Shown piece by piece: positions 48,301-56,894 of a stretch of 64,000 bases of DNA. Positions within the stretch are counted from its first letter, which is position 1; every line of letters starts with the position of its first letter. The DNA comes from a virus: positions 34,930 through 98,929 of IMG/VR virus record IMGVR_UViG_3300047552_000910, one strand, 5' to 3'. The notes beneath the pieces are model-generated. The model worked only from the letters and a program-made list of their open reading frames with translations. It was not told the origin of the DNA and did no database searches. Both the position numbers and the translations under genes were made by a program.

Positions 48301-48735
48301 ATGACTGTATATAGATATCAACCTGTTATTACACCAGGCCCGTCCGGCACAGATTATCGCCCGTTTTGCTTAGACCAAGAATTAACCGATTTATGTTTGC
48401 TTGATAATTATCGATATGTGTTTGTTACAGATATTTCTGCTATTATTGTGCCGGACGAAATTACATTCGAAGAAGTGACTATAACTCCTGAATTGAGAGA
48501 GATTATTAAAATAAATAGTCCGCATACTCAATTAATAGCGCAACGAGTCATTGATCAAATACGGGCTAAATATCCGTTGGATGAAGAGTTATATTTTGCT
48601 AGAATCGCAGTAGGAGCACTTCAAGGCTCTTATCAATTATTGCCGGGAGAAGCCGAAGCAATAGCACAGTACCAAACTGATGTGGAGGCTGCTCGGGAAT
48701 GGGGGCGTGTCGAAAGAGCAAAGATAGGACTTTGA
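48301..48735 (+). CDS. Putative tail fibre assembly/chaperone protein
   Basis: IRAKY..DEE...Y...VE..REWGR.E.AKIGL C-terminus, downstream of the fibre gene. Confidence 0.55.
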   Translation: MTVYRYQPVITPGPSGTDYRPFCLDQELTDLCLLDNYRYVFVTDISAIIVPDEITFEEVTITPELREIIKINSPHTQLIAQRVIDQIRAKYPLDEELYFARIAVGALQGSYQLLPGEAEAIAQYQTDVEAAREWGRVERAKIGL

Positions 48736-48788
48736 ATTAGCAGGTTGCTAGAAGACTGTAATACATTATAATCAGGAAGTGAAAGTAC

Positions 48789-49136
48789 ATGGCTTTATTA
48801 AAACAATGGAATGGCACTAATTGGGTTGAAGTTGCCGTCGAAACTACACCGGTATTAGTACATGATACTCCACAAGACGGAGCAACCGCTGCTGCTATTT
48901 CTTCTAATTGGGCATTTGATTTAGCAGCTAGCTTGGGCACTGCTGCGGTCGCAGCCACAACCGATTTTGCCACTGCGGCGCAAGGGGGATTAGCAGATAC
49001 TGCACCTCAACTAGTGGCTGTGCCTGCTACTGCTACTGCTGTTGGCATAGCTGGCCAACTGGCGTATGCTGACGGCTTTCTGTATGTTTGTATTGCAGAA
49101 AATACATGGCAGCGGGCAATTTTGGCAACTTGGTAA
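48789..49136 (+). CDS. Small virion protein sharing fibre repeat motifs
   Basis: LKQWNGTNW, ISSNWA, FATAAQGGLADTA, G..GQLAY..G.LYVC...NTW.R. Confidence 0.6.
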   Translation: MALLKQWNGTNWVEVAVETTPVLVHDTPQDGATAAAISSNWAFDLAASLGTAAVAATTDFATAAQGGLADTAPQLVAVPATATAVGIAGQLAYADGFLYVCIAENTWQRAILATW

Positions 49137-49154
49137 GCTTAGCCGGAGAGGCAG

Positions 49155-49358
49155 TTAGCTTATAGTAATCGGTTTAATTTCCATTGTTTCTGTGTCTACC
49201 TTAAATGCAACAAATATAGACGTTTGCCCTTCGTGCAGATGATCCAATTGATATTGTAGCCCGTCAACAGTAGAAAACTTGCCGCCAATATCCTGCGGAA
49301 AGTCTACACAATTCCCGCCCCATAATTCAGTTACTTTTTTAATTGTTTGATGCATCAA
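49155..49358 (-). CDS. Hypothetical protein
   Basis: 67-aa ORF, last in the Ro-like operon. Confidence 0.45.
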   Translation of the reverse strand: MMHQTIKKVTELWGGNCVDFPQDIGGKFSTVDGLQYQLDHLHEGQTSIFVAFKVDTETMEIKPITIS

Positions 49359-50250
49359 AAAACTCTCTAATATAATTCAATCTTTCTTGTTCTGAAAAAG
49401 TAGAAAACAACTCTATATCTTTTTGAACTTGGTCTACTAAAGGATAATACTCTTCGTCTAACTTAGACTTAATATTTAATTTTGAAAGTTTATCTGTACG
49501 AGTTCTTGCTAACAACTTTGAAACTAGGTAATACGGACTTTTTAGTTTAGCAGAAACCCTGTCGTTAGTGTAAAAGACATATCCTTCATGCTTAACAGTC
49601 TTAATAGACTTGATTAATTCGTCCAATGTAGTTTCAATTTTTTCTGGTACTTTACAATCAAATCCGTCTTTAGCAGATAAGTTTTCTAAATTTTCAGTTT
49701 CAATCGGCGAATTCCAATTATTAAATCGATATCCTAATAGGTACAGCCCTGCTTCTTCTGGAATAATATGCGGGTCGTCTGGATGCACGACTTCAAACAT
49801 AAACGTATACCAAGCATACAAGCTGCAAACTTCTTCAACTTTCTTTAAGTCCATTAGTTCCTTGGCCATATCTGCATATTTAGAATCTAACGACCCCGTA
49901 GTAGAAACTAATAAACTATCGTGCATCGAAGCTGCTGCCATAAATCCGTTTACTTTTCTAAAAGCAGTGACAGGAGTTTTAAGGGAAACACGCGGTGCAT
50001 TGTGTTCGATACCGTAATTAAAGATCTTAGTAAACGGATAAGAAACGATATTAAAATCTTTGTCTACTATAGTGCCTCGACAATTCTCCAACAAATTATT
50101 CCATCGACCTGTATAAAATACTTTTCTAGTATATTTTAAAACATACAAGCCGGGATAAGCAGGTGATTCTTTCATTGTCACCAACTTAGGATTATCTTCA
50201 ATAAACTTTTTAAGATTGTTAGTTAATTGCATTCCTGTTAATGGTTTCAT
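49339..50250 (-). CDS. RNA ligase (second Rnl1-like)
   Basis: LKY...VFY...W...L..CRG, YPFTKIFN, RKVNGF, STTGS, FEVVH..DPHI, HEGYV, KLKSPYY. Confidence 0.82.
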   Translation of the reverse strand: MKPLTGMQLTNNLKKFIEDNPKLVTMKESPAYPGLYVLKYTRKVFYTGRWNNLLENCRGTIVDKDFNIVSYPFTKIFNYGIEHNAPRVSLKTPVTAFRKVNGFMAAASMHDSLLVSTTGSLDSKYADMAKELMDLKKVEEVCSLYAWYTFMFEVVHPDDPHIIPEEAGLYLLGYRFNNWNSPIETENLENLSAKDGFDCKVPEKIETTLDELIKSIKTVKHEGYVFYTNDRVSAKLKSPYYLVSKLLARTRTDKLSKLNIKSKLDEEYYPLVDQVQKDIELFSTFSEQERLNYIREFFDASNN

Positions 50251-50259
50251 TTTTATGAC

Positions 50260-50709
50260 TCAGAGTAGAGGCAAATGCCTGGTTAGAGGATCTAATACTG
50301 TTGGATAATCTGGACCTATTGCTATCGCGGTGTATGTAGCAACACCATCGAATTCAGTTAACCCAGCATCTTTAATCAACGCAACATTAATTCCTTTTCC
50401 GACTGCGGCACTATATAAATCTAATAATTCTTTTTCAGAATTAACAGCAACACACACTTTAGTAAATTTACCATTAAGCCAATGACTTAGTGGCCATTTA
50501 GTTCCTGTTTCATCTGTCAACGGTATAACAATAGATTCTCGATTAGGTGAATGATCTGTTGCATTTTCCAACACCGCTGCCATTGCAGCGTGTGCTAATT
50601 GAGCTGCGACTTTGCCTGTACGAACTTTCTGTCCTTTTGAATTTCTTAAATCAGCCCGCCAAACTAAAATCATTTTTGGTTCTTGATTCATCTGCATGCC
50701 CTCAGACAT
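50260..50709 (-). CDS. pth2: Peptidyl-tRNA hydrolase, Pth2 family
   Basis: R.DL....GK.AAQLAHA, W....FTKVCV, I.DAGLTEF, T.IAIGP, LT.HLPLL. Confidence 0.9.
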   Translation of the reverse strand: MSEGMQMNQEPKMILVWRADLRNSKGQKVRTGKVAAQLAHAAMAAVLENATDHSPNRESIVIPLTDETGTKWPLSHWLNGKFTKVCVAVNSEKELLDLYSAAVGKGINVALIKDAGLTEFDGVATYTAIAIGPDYPTVLDPLTRHLPLL

Positions 50710-52129
50710 TATATCGGTCTATCATTACAGTCGACATCATAATACTCATCGGAGTAAACTGTTCCATGTCAGCAGACAAAATACCTTTTAGCAATGCAGG
50801 GCTGAAGCCCGACACTAGTGCTACTCCGCTCTTATCTGCCTTAACAGGAAAGTTGTCGTACCAATGAAGATTCCAAAAAACTACTAGCGGGCACTTGTAT
50901 CCTGCATCGTTGAACTTACGAGTAATCATCTCCATTCCTGTTTCGTCCACGGTAGGGCAACCTTGATCGAACTGCATATCAGAAAGTATCAACAGGATCT
51001 TAGGCATGTCTTCTTGAGAAACATTGCCTTCAATTGCAGTCTTTAGGATCTTATTCATTGCAGAATGCAGATTAGTAGACATGGACCACTTTGAGGTAGA
51101 CATTTGATTCATCTTTTCTACAATGTTACCTTTGAGGTGAAGCAATTGCGGTTCGGTTGAGAATGTAAGGAATGTATCCTTAAATACACCTTTATTCTTT
51201 TCTGCCACGTACAAACCGAGAGAAACAGCAACATCCATACAAGACAAGTTACGTTTGACAGAACCAGCCGGGCACATCATAGAACCTGATACGTCGACTA
51301 ACGGCAAAATCGACGCATCGCCAACGTAATCAGGAAGTGCATCCCATTGTGCAATGATATGATTTAGTTCAGTAAAATCATATGAGTATTTGTGCATTGG
51401 GAACGTTGAAATCATACCCTTCAATACATCATACGGATATACAGCATTGGCATTAACTTTAACAGAAGGATCTCCGTTAACAAGAGACAGCACATACTCC
51501 GCAAACTTTTCGGTATTCCTATTAAATGCCTTCTTGTAACGAGCAGCAGCAACCGACGGAACTTGGGAGAAATTGATATTATCCCAGTCCTTAGCACACA
51601 TCTGCGTCTCAACAACATGAGTGAGACCCACAATATACTTTCGATATTCGCGCGGAGTCATCTTCAAATAATTGCGCAGTTCGGCTGCAACTTTGCCAGT
51701 TCTCGGGCACCACTTCGCGGCTAGGCTATTGCCTGCTTCGAGATTTTTCTTGATGATAGAAAATGCAACATCTTTAAGCTTACGGGTTTGAACCGCAAAC
51801 AAATCATCAAACCTGCCGAGTTCAGGAATCTTGTACAGCAACTTTTCTGCTGAAGCAGGATCTACTGTTTCGAGATACTTAACGATATCCTTAAAAATTT
51901 GACGCTCTCCAGATCCGCCGCGGATATCACGACACCATTGAGCAATACGAAGAGCAAGCTCCTTATTCTCTACAAAAGCCGCAACAAACTTAGGAATAAT
52001 ATTTTGTCCGCGAGCAGCGCCAATTCCAAAGAAAAGGTCAACATTTGCATCAGTGGTGCTTTGGAGAGCTTTCATACCGTTCAAGGTACGAGCAGATTGA
52101 TTTTGCACGGCGTTAGTAAAGGTAGTCAT
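50702..52129 (-). CDS. Ro60/TROVE-like protein (DUF2828 + C-terminal vWA domain)
   Basis: RDIRGGSGER, G.FDDL, AAKWCPR, VVETQMC, I.FS.VPS.A, vWA MIDAS DVSGSM, SDMQFD, VFWNL, VSGFSP. Confidence 0.82.
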   Translation of the reverse strand: MTTFTNAVQNQSARTLNGMKALQSTTDANVDLFFGIGAARGQNIIPKFVAAFVENKELALRIAQWCRDIRGGSGERQIFKDIVKYLETVDPASAEKLLYKIPELGRFDDLFAVQTRKLKDVAFSIIKKNLEAGNSLAAKWCPRTGKVAAELRNYLKMTPREYRKYIVGLTHVVETQMCAKDWDNINFSQVPSVAAARYKKAFNRNTEKFAEYVLSLVNGDPSVKVNANAVYPYDVLKGMISTFPMHKYSYDFTELNHIIAQWDALPDYVGDASILPLVDVSGSMMCPAGSVKRNLSCMDVAVSLGLYVAEKNKGVFKDTFLTFSTEPQLLHLKGNIVEKMNQMSTSKWSMSTNLHSAMNKILKTAIEGNVSQEDMPKILLILSDMQFDQGCPTVDETGMEMITRKFNDAGYKCPLVVFWNLHWYDNFPVKADKSGVALVSGFSPALLKGILSADMEQFTPMSIMMSTVMIDRYNV

Positions 52130-52142
52130 TTTGATTGTCCTA

Positions 52143-52180
52143 TCGGGTTAGTGGTTTGATTGTTGCTGAATCTAATCCAA
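52143..52180 (-). promoter_or_regulatory. Short hairpin with UUCAGCAAC motif abutting the SD of the Ro-like gene
   Basis: UUGGAUUAG / CUAACCCGA stem with one mismatch; loop AUUCAGCAACAAUCAAACCA. Confidence 0.55.
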
Positions 52181-52192
52181 GAAATTAAAAAC

Positions 52193-52399
52193 GGGATGGT
52201 TGGCTTGAGTGTTTAATTTAATTAGCAGACTCGATACAAGCCAACTGCATTTGTTACCTTTGATTTAGCTGTAACCGCATAGTAGTCTTTCCTACGTCAC
52301 CTATTCCATAAGCGTCTACTCTGGGAAGTAGATAAAGGCATCCGACCCACCGTCTATAGTTGTTGTTGGATAAGCTATTTAAGTTGCTGAACCCATCCC
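52193..52399 (-). ncRNA. Candidate ~207-nt structured ncRNA (Y-RNA-like context)
   Basis: No ORF; 5' GGGAUG pairs with 3' CAUCCC; internal stems GUUGGCUU/AAGCCAAC, GAGU/ACUC, UCUACU/AGUAGA, GUAG/CUAC, GUUAC/GUAAC; followed by a U-run; promoter immediately upstream. Confidence 0.6.
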
Positions 52400-52414
52400 T
52401 AACTTTAAGTTTAT

Positions 52415-52443
52415 ATTATACTAGCTCTGTATAACTAAGTCAA
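52415..52443 (-). promoter_or_regulatory. sigma70-type promoter TTGACT-17-TATAAT driving the ncRNA/Ro-like operon
   Basis: Direct motif match; predicted start about 9 nt before GGGAUG. Confidence 0.8.
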
Positions 52444-52486
52444 CTATTTAGTCTTACTAGGATAAATATTTAAAACCGGAAGTAAT

Positions 52487-53011
52487 ATGAAGATTTTAGA
52501 AATCATTATAGAAAATCACGAAGAGCACGGAAGAGCATTACAAGACACTGGCTTCTGGGGTCGAGCAGGTGCAGGTTGTCTTTTCCTTTCTTTAAAAACC
52601 GGTAGAATTTGTATAGCGCATCGTTCAGATGATGTACAAGAACCGCATACATGGGGAACTTGGGGCGGAGCAATCGATTCGAATGAAAGTCCACAAGCTG
52701 CTGCGCAAAGAGAAGTTCAAGAAGAAGCTGGTTATTTTGGACCATTAAAGATTGTTCCATTATTTATTTTCTCACATCCGTCCGGTTTTAAATATTATAA
52801 TTTCTTAGCAATAGTAAAAGACGAGTTCTCTCCGGAACTTGACTGGGAAACACAAGGTTTCACTTGGGTCGAGTTTGGTAAATGGCCTCGTCCGTTACAT
52901 CCGGGATTAGCATCGTTATTATCTGATTCGGCTTCCGTTAATACTATCAGAACTTATGTAGAAGTAGCTAAAAAATTAATACAGCAAAGAAACATGAAAT
53001 CTGCTTATTGA
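52487..53011 (+). CDS. Nudix hydrolase with capsid-targeting-like N-terminus
   Basis: Nudix box GGAIDSNESPQAAAQREVQEEAG; MKILEIIIE start; TAAATA at 52463. Confidence 0.85.
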   Translation: MKILEIIIENHEEHGRALQDTGFWGRAGAGCLFLSLKTGRICIAHRSDDVQEPHTWGTWGGAIDSNESPQAAAQREVQEEAGYFGPLKIVPLFIFSHPSGFKYYNFLAIVKDEFSPELDWETQGFTWVEFGKWPRPLHPGLASLLSDSASVNTIRTYVEVAKKLIQQRNMKSAY

Positions 53012-53037
53012 TTATGGGGGCTTGCGCCCCCATAATC
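53010..53037. terminator. 12-bp hairpin between convergent genes
   Basis: gattatgggggc-ttgc-gcccccataatc. Confidence 0.75.
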
Positions 53038-53040
53038 TAA

Positions 53041-53412
53041 TTAGCCCAAATCCTCCAATTCCTTAATAAGTTCGTCTCGAGTCTTAGCACGAAGACTTTC
53101 TGATTCCTTTTCGTGCAGGATCGAAATCAGTTCCGCACGGCGTGCTTGCTTTGCTGCGCGATCCTTAGCAAGCTTTGCTTCTGCTAGCTTAGATGAAATG
53201 ATATGTTTAACGATATCAAAGCTCAACGAAAGTGTCTTATTACCGGAAGACCGTTCTTCGATAAAACTTTCTTCAGTATCTTTAAGTTGCTTATTAAGGT
53301 TCTTAGCAACAGTATCTAGAGAAGTTAATGACAGATCCCAAAGATCTTCGGTAGACAACACCCCGCGAGGGGTAACAAAACGCAACTTATTTTTTGAAGC
53401 AGCTTCAAACAT
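53041..53412 (-). CDS. Hypothetical phage protein
   Basis: FE.A...KLRF...RG.LS.EDLWDL; adjacent to the 661-aa gene. Confidence 0.65.
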   Translation of the reverse strand: MFEAASKNKLRFVTPRGVLSTEDLWDLSLTSLDTVAKNLNKQLKDTEESFIEERSSGNKTLSLSFDIVKHIISSKLAEAKLAKDRAAKQARRAELISILHEKESESLRAKTRDELIKELEDLG

Positions 53413-53429
53413 TATATTTCTCCAGTTAG

Positions 53430-55415
53430 TTAAAATTCAATATTAATAGTTCTAGTAAACTTAGAATGGACTTTTACTACTAAGTTATTCCGTTGTGTAT
53501 CAGAAAATCCAAGACCTGATACTTGCCTGTCGGCATAAGGAACAACTAGTTTATTGCCCAATATTTCAAATACTTTTCGATGTTCGTTTAGTTCGTTTTT
53601 AAGCATCTCATTAAACAAACCTCGAGCAGGGGTTGGATTCTTTACATCGTTCAGTACGAAGAACAAATGTTTATTTCCAATCTTATTATTTCCCCAATAA
53701 TTCGGCGAACGCATGATAGCAGACACCTTATGGAATTTATTTGTGGTAATGCCCCACTCTTCTTTAATTGCCGACTGAGTTGAAATATTCTTAGCAGGTT
53801 TAATTTCAGAAATGCCGTTTGCTTTAGAAAATTCAAAAGTAACTACGTCTACCATACCGGACACTGGGCTCGAATAACTAAACGAGTGAGTAACTCCACG
53901 ATTCTCAACTTCCACATTAAAGCCGACATCGATATTCTCGCGCTTTTTAAAATTATTCACCCGAACAGTATACATTCCTTCTTTCATCTTTGCCTTGGAT
54001 GCATAGATTATGTTTTCAACTGCATCTCGACGGAGATTGGTAGATGCAACATTCATATCTACGTCTAATACACCGCCAGAAGACGAAAACTTATTTCCAT
54101 AATAAATATATTCGCCTTTTGGTTCGATTAAATGTATGTCCAAGTCATCAGAGTTAAACCAACCCAGCGACACCCTGAGCTCTCCTGACACCGTGCCGCC
54201 CATTGACTTAACACGTTCCTTAATAGAATCTGCCAAGCCGCCGTTGTAATCCCAACTAAATGGATTATCCCACTTTAAAATATTTGGAGCATCAGTATGT
54301 TCTGGTCCAATAAGACTAACAAGATTACCTGTGTGCTTATGTTCGAACAACACTTCAATTTCTGAAGCAGTCGGCAATACCTTTTCAATAAAATCATTTA
54401 CTGAAACAGTTTCTACCTTAGCCAAAGAAGCAGAATTAACTACAACTTCCTTTTTAAGGATTCCAAAGATATCTCCCTTCTCGCCAATAACATTTCGATT
54501 GATATGAATCAGATTCTCTACAGAAATGTCATCAAAAGTAGCATGGCGCCGTTGGAGGGCATTTTCTATACCAAGAGACTTAATTGCTTTTTCAGCAGTT
54601 GCAATCATGCTCGTAGTAATGAGCGCAGTTGGCCGTTTGTAATTAGTCGGAGCAACAATACGTTCAAATTGGGTAACCGCTACATCGAGCGCCTTGCCTT
54701 CAGACAAGTCGATAAGCAACGTTCCAATAGCCGTGTTTCTAATCCTTCCGCCGTTTTTATAGTTGGCCCATGCGTAGATATCTTGCTCTTTAGCTTGAAG
54801 CTTACTATACGCCTTTTTATGCTTCATAAACTCTGTCAACATAGGCTTAAACTCTGTTCCACGATACAGCGAGTTCTGCCCAATTAATTCCAGTACAATT
54901 TCGATTGACTCTAGAGAGAGTTCGTCCAACGAACGCTTAAACACTTGTTTAGTGGAAGCTGCATTTCCAAGCAAAGTATCAATAGATAAGCCCTTGCCTA
55001 TACGCTTATTCCGCGGAACATCGCAAGACAAATGTTCCCACTTAATTGTAGTCTTATCAGCCAATAACTGAACATTATGATCAACACCTAGCCGAGCTTC
55101 GTGGGTAGCGAAAATGTTTCGAATACTTGCTTCTTTCACAAGCTTCGACAAAGCTGCGACAACCGGCTTGTATACACCATCAATCTTAAAATCCCAGATT
55201 GAAGTAAGCTTATTACCTTTTATTTCAACAATACCACCGTAATTACGAATAAACTGCTTACAAGAATTACAAGTATGTTCTTGGCGAACTTCATCAGGCA
55301 TCGAATTAAGATACGTAGCGTACAAAATATCTGGATCTAGATCCACTCTAAACAAATCATTAGTAGCCATTACATCAAATTGATCTGACACTTTCTGTTT
55401 TAGTGTGTGAAACAT
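53430..55415 (-). CDS. Large hypothetical phage protein with YfaP-like domain
   Basis: H.CNSC, LRVSLGW.N.DDLDIH..EP, G.LDVDMN, VENI. Confidence 0.65.
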   Translation of the reverse strand: MFHTLKQKVSDQFDVMATNDLFRVDLDPDILYATYLNSMPDEVRQEHTCNSCKQFIRNYGGIVEIKGNKLTSIWDFKIDGVYKPVVAALSKLVKEASIRNIFATHEARLGVDHNVQLLADKTTIKWEHLSCDVPRNKRIGKGLSIDTLLGNAASTKQVFKRSLDELSLESIEIVLELIGQNSLYRGTEFKPMLTEFMKHKKAYSKLQAKEQDIYAWANYKNGGRIRNTAIGTLLIDLSEGKALDVAVTQFERIVAPTNYKRPTALITTSMIATAEKAIKSLGIENALQRRHATFDDISVENLIHINRNVIGEKGDIFGILKKEVVVNSASLAKVETVSVNDFIEKVLPTASEIEVLFEHKHTGNLVSLIGPEHTDAPNILKWDNPFSWDYNGGLADSIKERVKSMGGTVSGELRVSLGWFNSDDLDIHLIEPKGEYIYYGNKFSSSGGVLDVDMNVASTNLRRDAVENIIYASKAKMKEGMYTVRVNNFKKRENIDVGFNVEVENRGVTHSFSYSSPVSGMVDVVTFEFSKANGISEIKPAKNISTQSAIKEEWGITTNKFHKVSAIMRSPNYWGNNKIGNKHLFFVLNDVKNPTPARGLFNEMLKNELNEHRKVFEILGNKLVVPYADRQVSGLGFSDTQRNNLVVKVHSKFTRTINIEF

Positions 55416-55450
55416 TTTTAATCTCGTTAAGAAGTAGTTAATAAAGTATT

Positions 55451-55479
55451 ATTATACAGTTAAGGCAGTAACAAGTCAA
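55451..55479 (-). promoter_or_regulatory. sigma70-type promoter TTGACT-17-TATAAT
   Basis: Direct motif match. Confidence 0.8.
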
Positions 55480-55787
55480 CTATCAGGATCGGGCAATGCA
55501 GCAGTAAGTAATTTAATCAGTTGCTTGACTGCTTCAGCGTTCATTTTTAACACAATGGAATAATCTGCTCCGACAGATAAATGGACATTTCCTACTGAAT
55601 CTGCTCCTACTTTATAATAGCATCTTTCGTCGGCGATAACTGGAGCGCAGTATTCTTCTTTAACATAATGTTCGCTTGTCGGCGAAGATTCAGCTGGCAA
55701 GTCTGCCAGTTCCGGGTTGGCACTACATCCGCCGATCGGACGATAATCTGTATTGTTGTCAGTCATTTTAGTCTTATTCCAAAACAT
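55476..55787 (-). CDS. Hypothetical protein
   Basis: 103-aa ORF. Confidence 0.5.
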   Translation of the reverse strand: MFWNKTKMTDNNTDYRPIGGCSANPELADLPAESSPTSEHYVKEEYCAPVIADERCYYKVGADSVGNVHLSVGADYSIVLKMNAEAVKQLIKLLTAALPDPDS

Positions 55788-55791
55788 AGCA

Positions 55792-56109
55792 TTAATCTTT
55801 CTTTTCTTTAGTGAGTAAGTCGATTGCTTTTTGAGTTTTTTCTATAGCAGTTTTATAATCGTTGATATAACCAGTTAGTAACTCAACATCTACCGCCAGT
55901 GCGTCGCTTTCAGCTTCGTTAAAGCTATTATTTGGCACTAAACGAAACTTGCCGTGTTCTGAACTAATTAATCGAGGCAGCCCTTGGTATTCTACAACAT
56001 ACCCGTAATTGTCTAATTCCCAGCCGGAATATAAAAAATTAAATTCGTGGAGGATTGGCGCTTTGATTCCATCAATATAACAGCACTTTTCTGTAGAAAA
56101 GGTAATCAT
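55792..56109 (-). CDS. Hypothetical protein
   Basis: 105-aa ORF. Confidence 0.5.
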   Translation of the reverse strand: MITFSTEKCCYIDGIKAPILHEFNFLYSGWELDNYGYVVEYQGLPRLISSEHGKFRLVPNNSFNEAESDALAVDVELLTGYINDYKTAIEKTQKAIDLLTKEKKD

Positions 56110-56225
56110 TTAATTCACCGCAAGAAATAATCTATTGCAACAATTAAAAACACAAAAACAAACCAAAAAATAACCACAGTATTCCAGCGCCTCGACATCA
56201 TGTTAATTTCCTTTAAATTTTAAAT

Positions 56226-56254
56226 ATTATAGTACAAGTTAATAAAGTTGTCAA
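56226..56254 (-). promoter_or_regulatory. sigma70-type promoter TTGACA-17-TATAAT
   Basis: Perfect consensus. Confidence 0.85.
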
Positions 56255-56865
56255 TTTAATCCGGGATGATTAAATTGTATGGAGCTTTGAGTTATGAGTG
56301 ATTCAATTTTATCAACGATTCGATTTTTAGAAGTTGCTGCTTTCATGAAAACAACAACTGAAATTAACTCACCAAGTACAGAACGATAATTCACTTGTTT
56401 AGATTCGAAAAAAGTTTTTACCTTATTACCAAACAAAGTAATAAACATTTCATCATCCCTTGCAATACCAACAGACAACCCAACTAAAGAAGGAATAATT
56501 TCATCTTTATATTTGGTTGCAATTTTAAATGCAAACTGATCCCAAGTATCCAGCCACCTTGTAAATTCTGTAGGAGAAACTCGAGAAATATCTGTACGAA
56601 GAAAAAGAACCATTGATGCTACGTTCTTACTTAACGTTTCACATTTAGTCTTTTTCAATTTACAAAGAATTCTAGTATGATGATCTACACAATGTTGACA
56701 TTGATAATACACCGCCAAAGATAATGATATACATTCTTTTTGTTCGAGTGTGAGAAACTGTTCCCATTCTTCTTCTCCGTCTGATCCATTGAAAACAACA
56801 GAGTGAAATTGATTCAAAAAATCTGAAACATGTTGCGGAAAGATTTTTTCTTTAGATTTAGCCAT
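56251..56865 (-). CDS. AhpD/carboxymuconolactone-decarboxylase-like protein
   Basis: L....KE.I.L.LA....C..C...H signature (CQHCVDHH). Confidence 0.6.
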   Translation of the reverse strand: MAKSKEKIFPQHVSDFLNQFHSVVFNGSDGEEEWEQFLTLEQKECISLSLAVYYQCQHCVDHHTRILCKLKKTKCETLSKNVASMVLFLRTDISRVSPTEFTRWLDTWDQFAFKIATKYKDEIIPSLVGLSVGIARDDEMFITLFGNKVKTFFESKQVNYRSVLGELISVVVFMKAATSKNRIVDKIESLITQSSIQFNHPGLN

Positions 56866-56894
56866 AATAATCCTTTAACTGCATAGATATTCGA

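Noticed and set aside
46229-49136. Complete diversity-generating retroelement
   Set aside because: No reverse transcriptase, template repeat or clear IMH hairpin within the window
52193-52399. tRNA or tmRNA gene
   Set aside because: No cloverleaf with GTTCRA T-loop or CCA end and no tag reading frame recognised; kept as an unclassified ncRNA candidate
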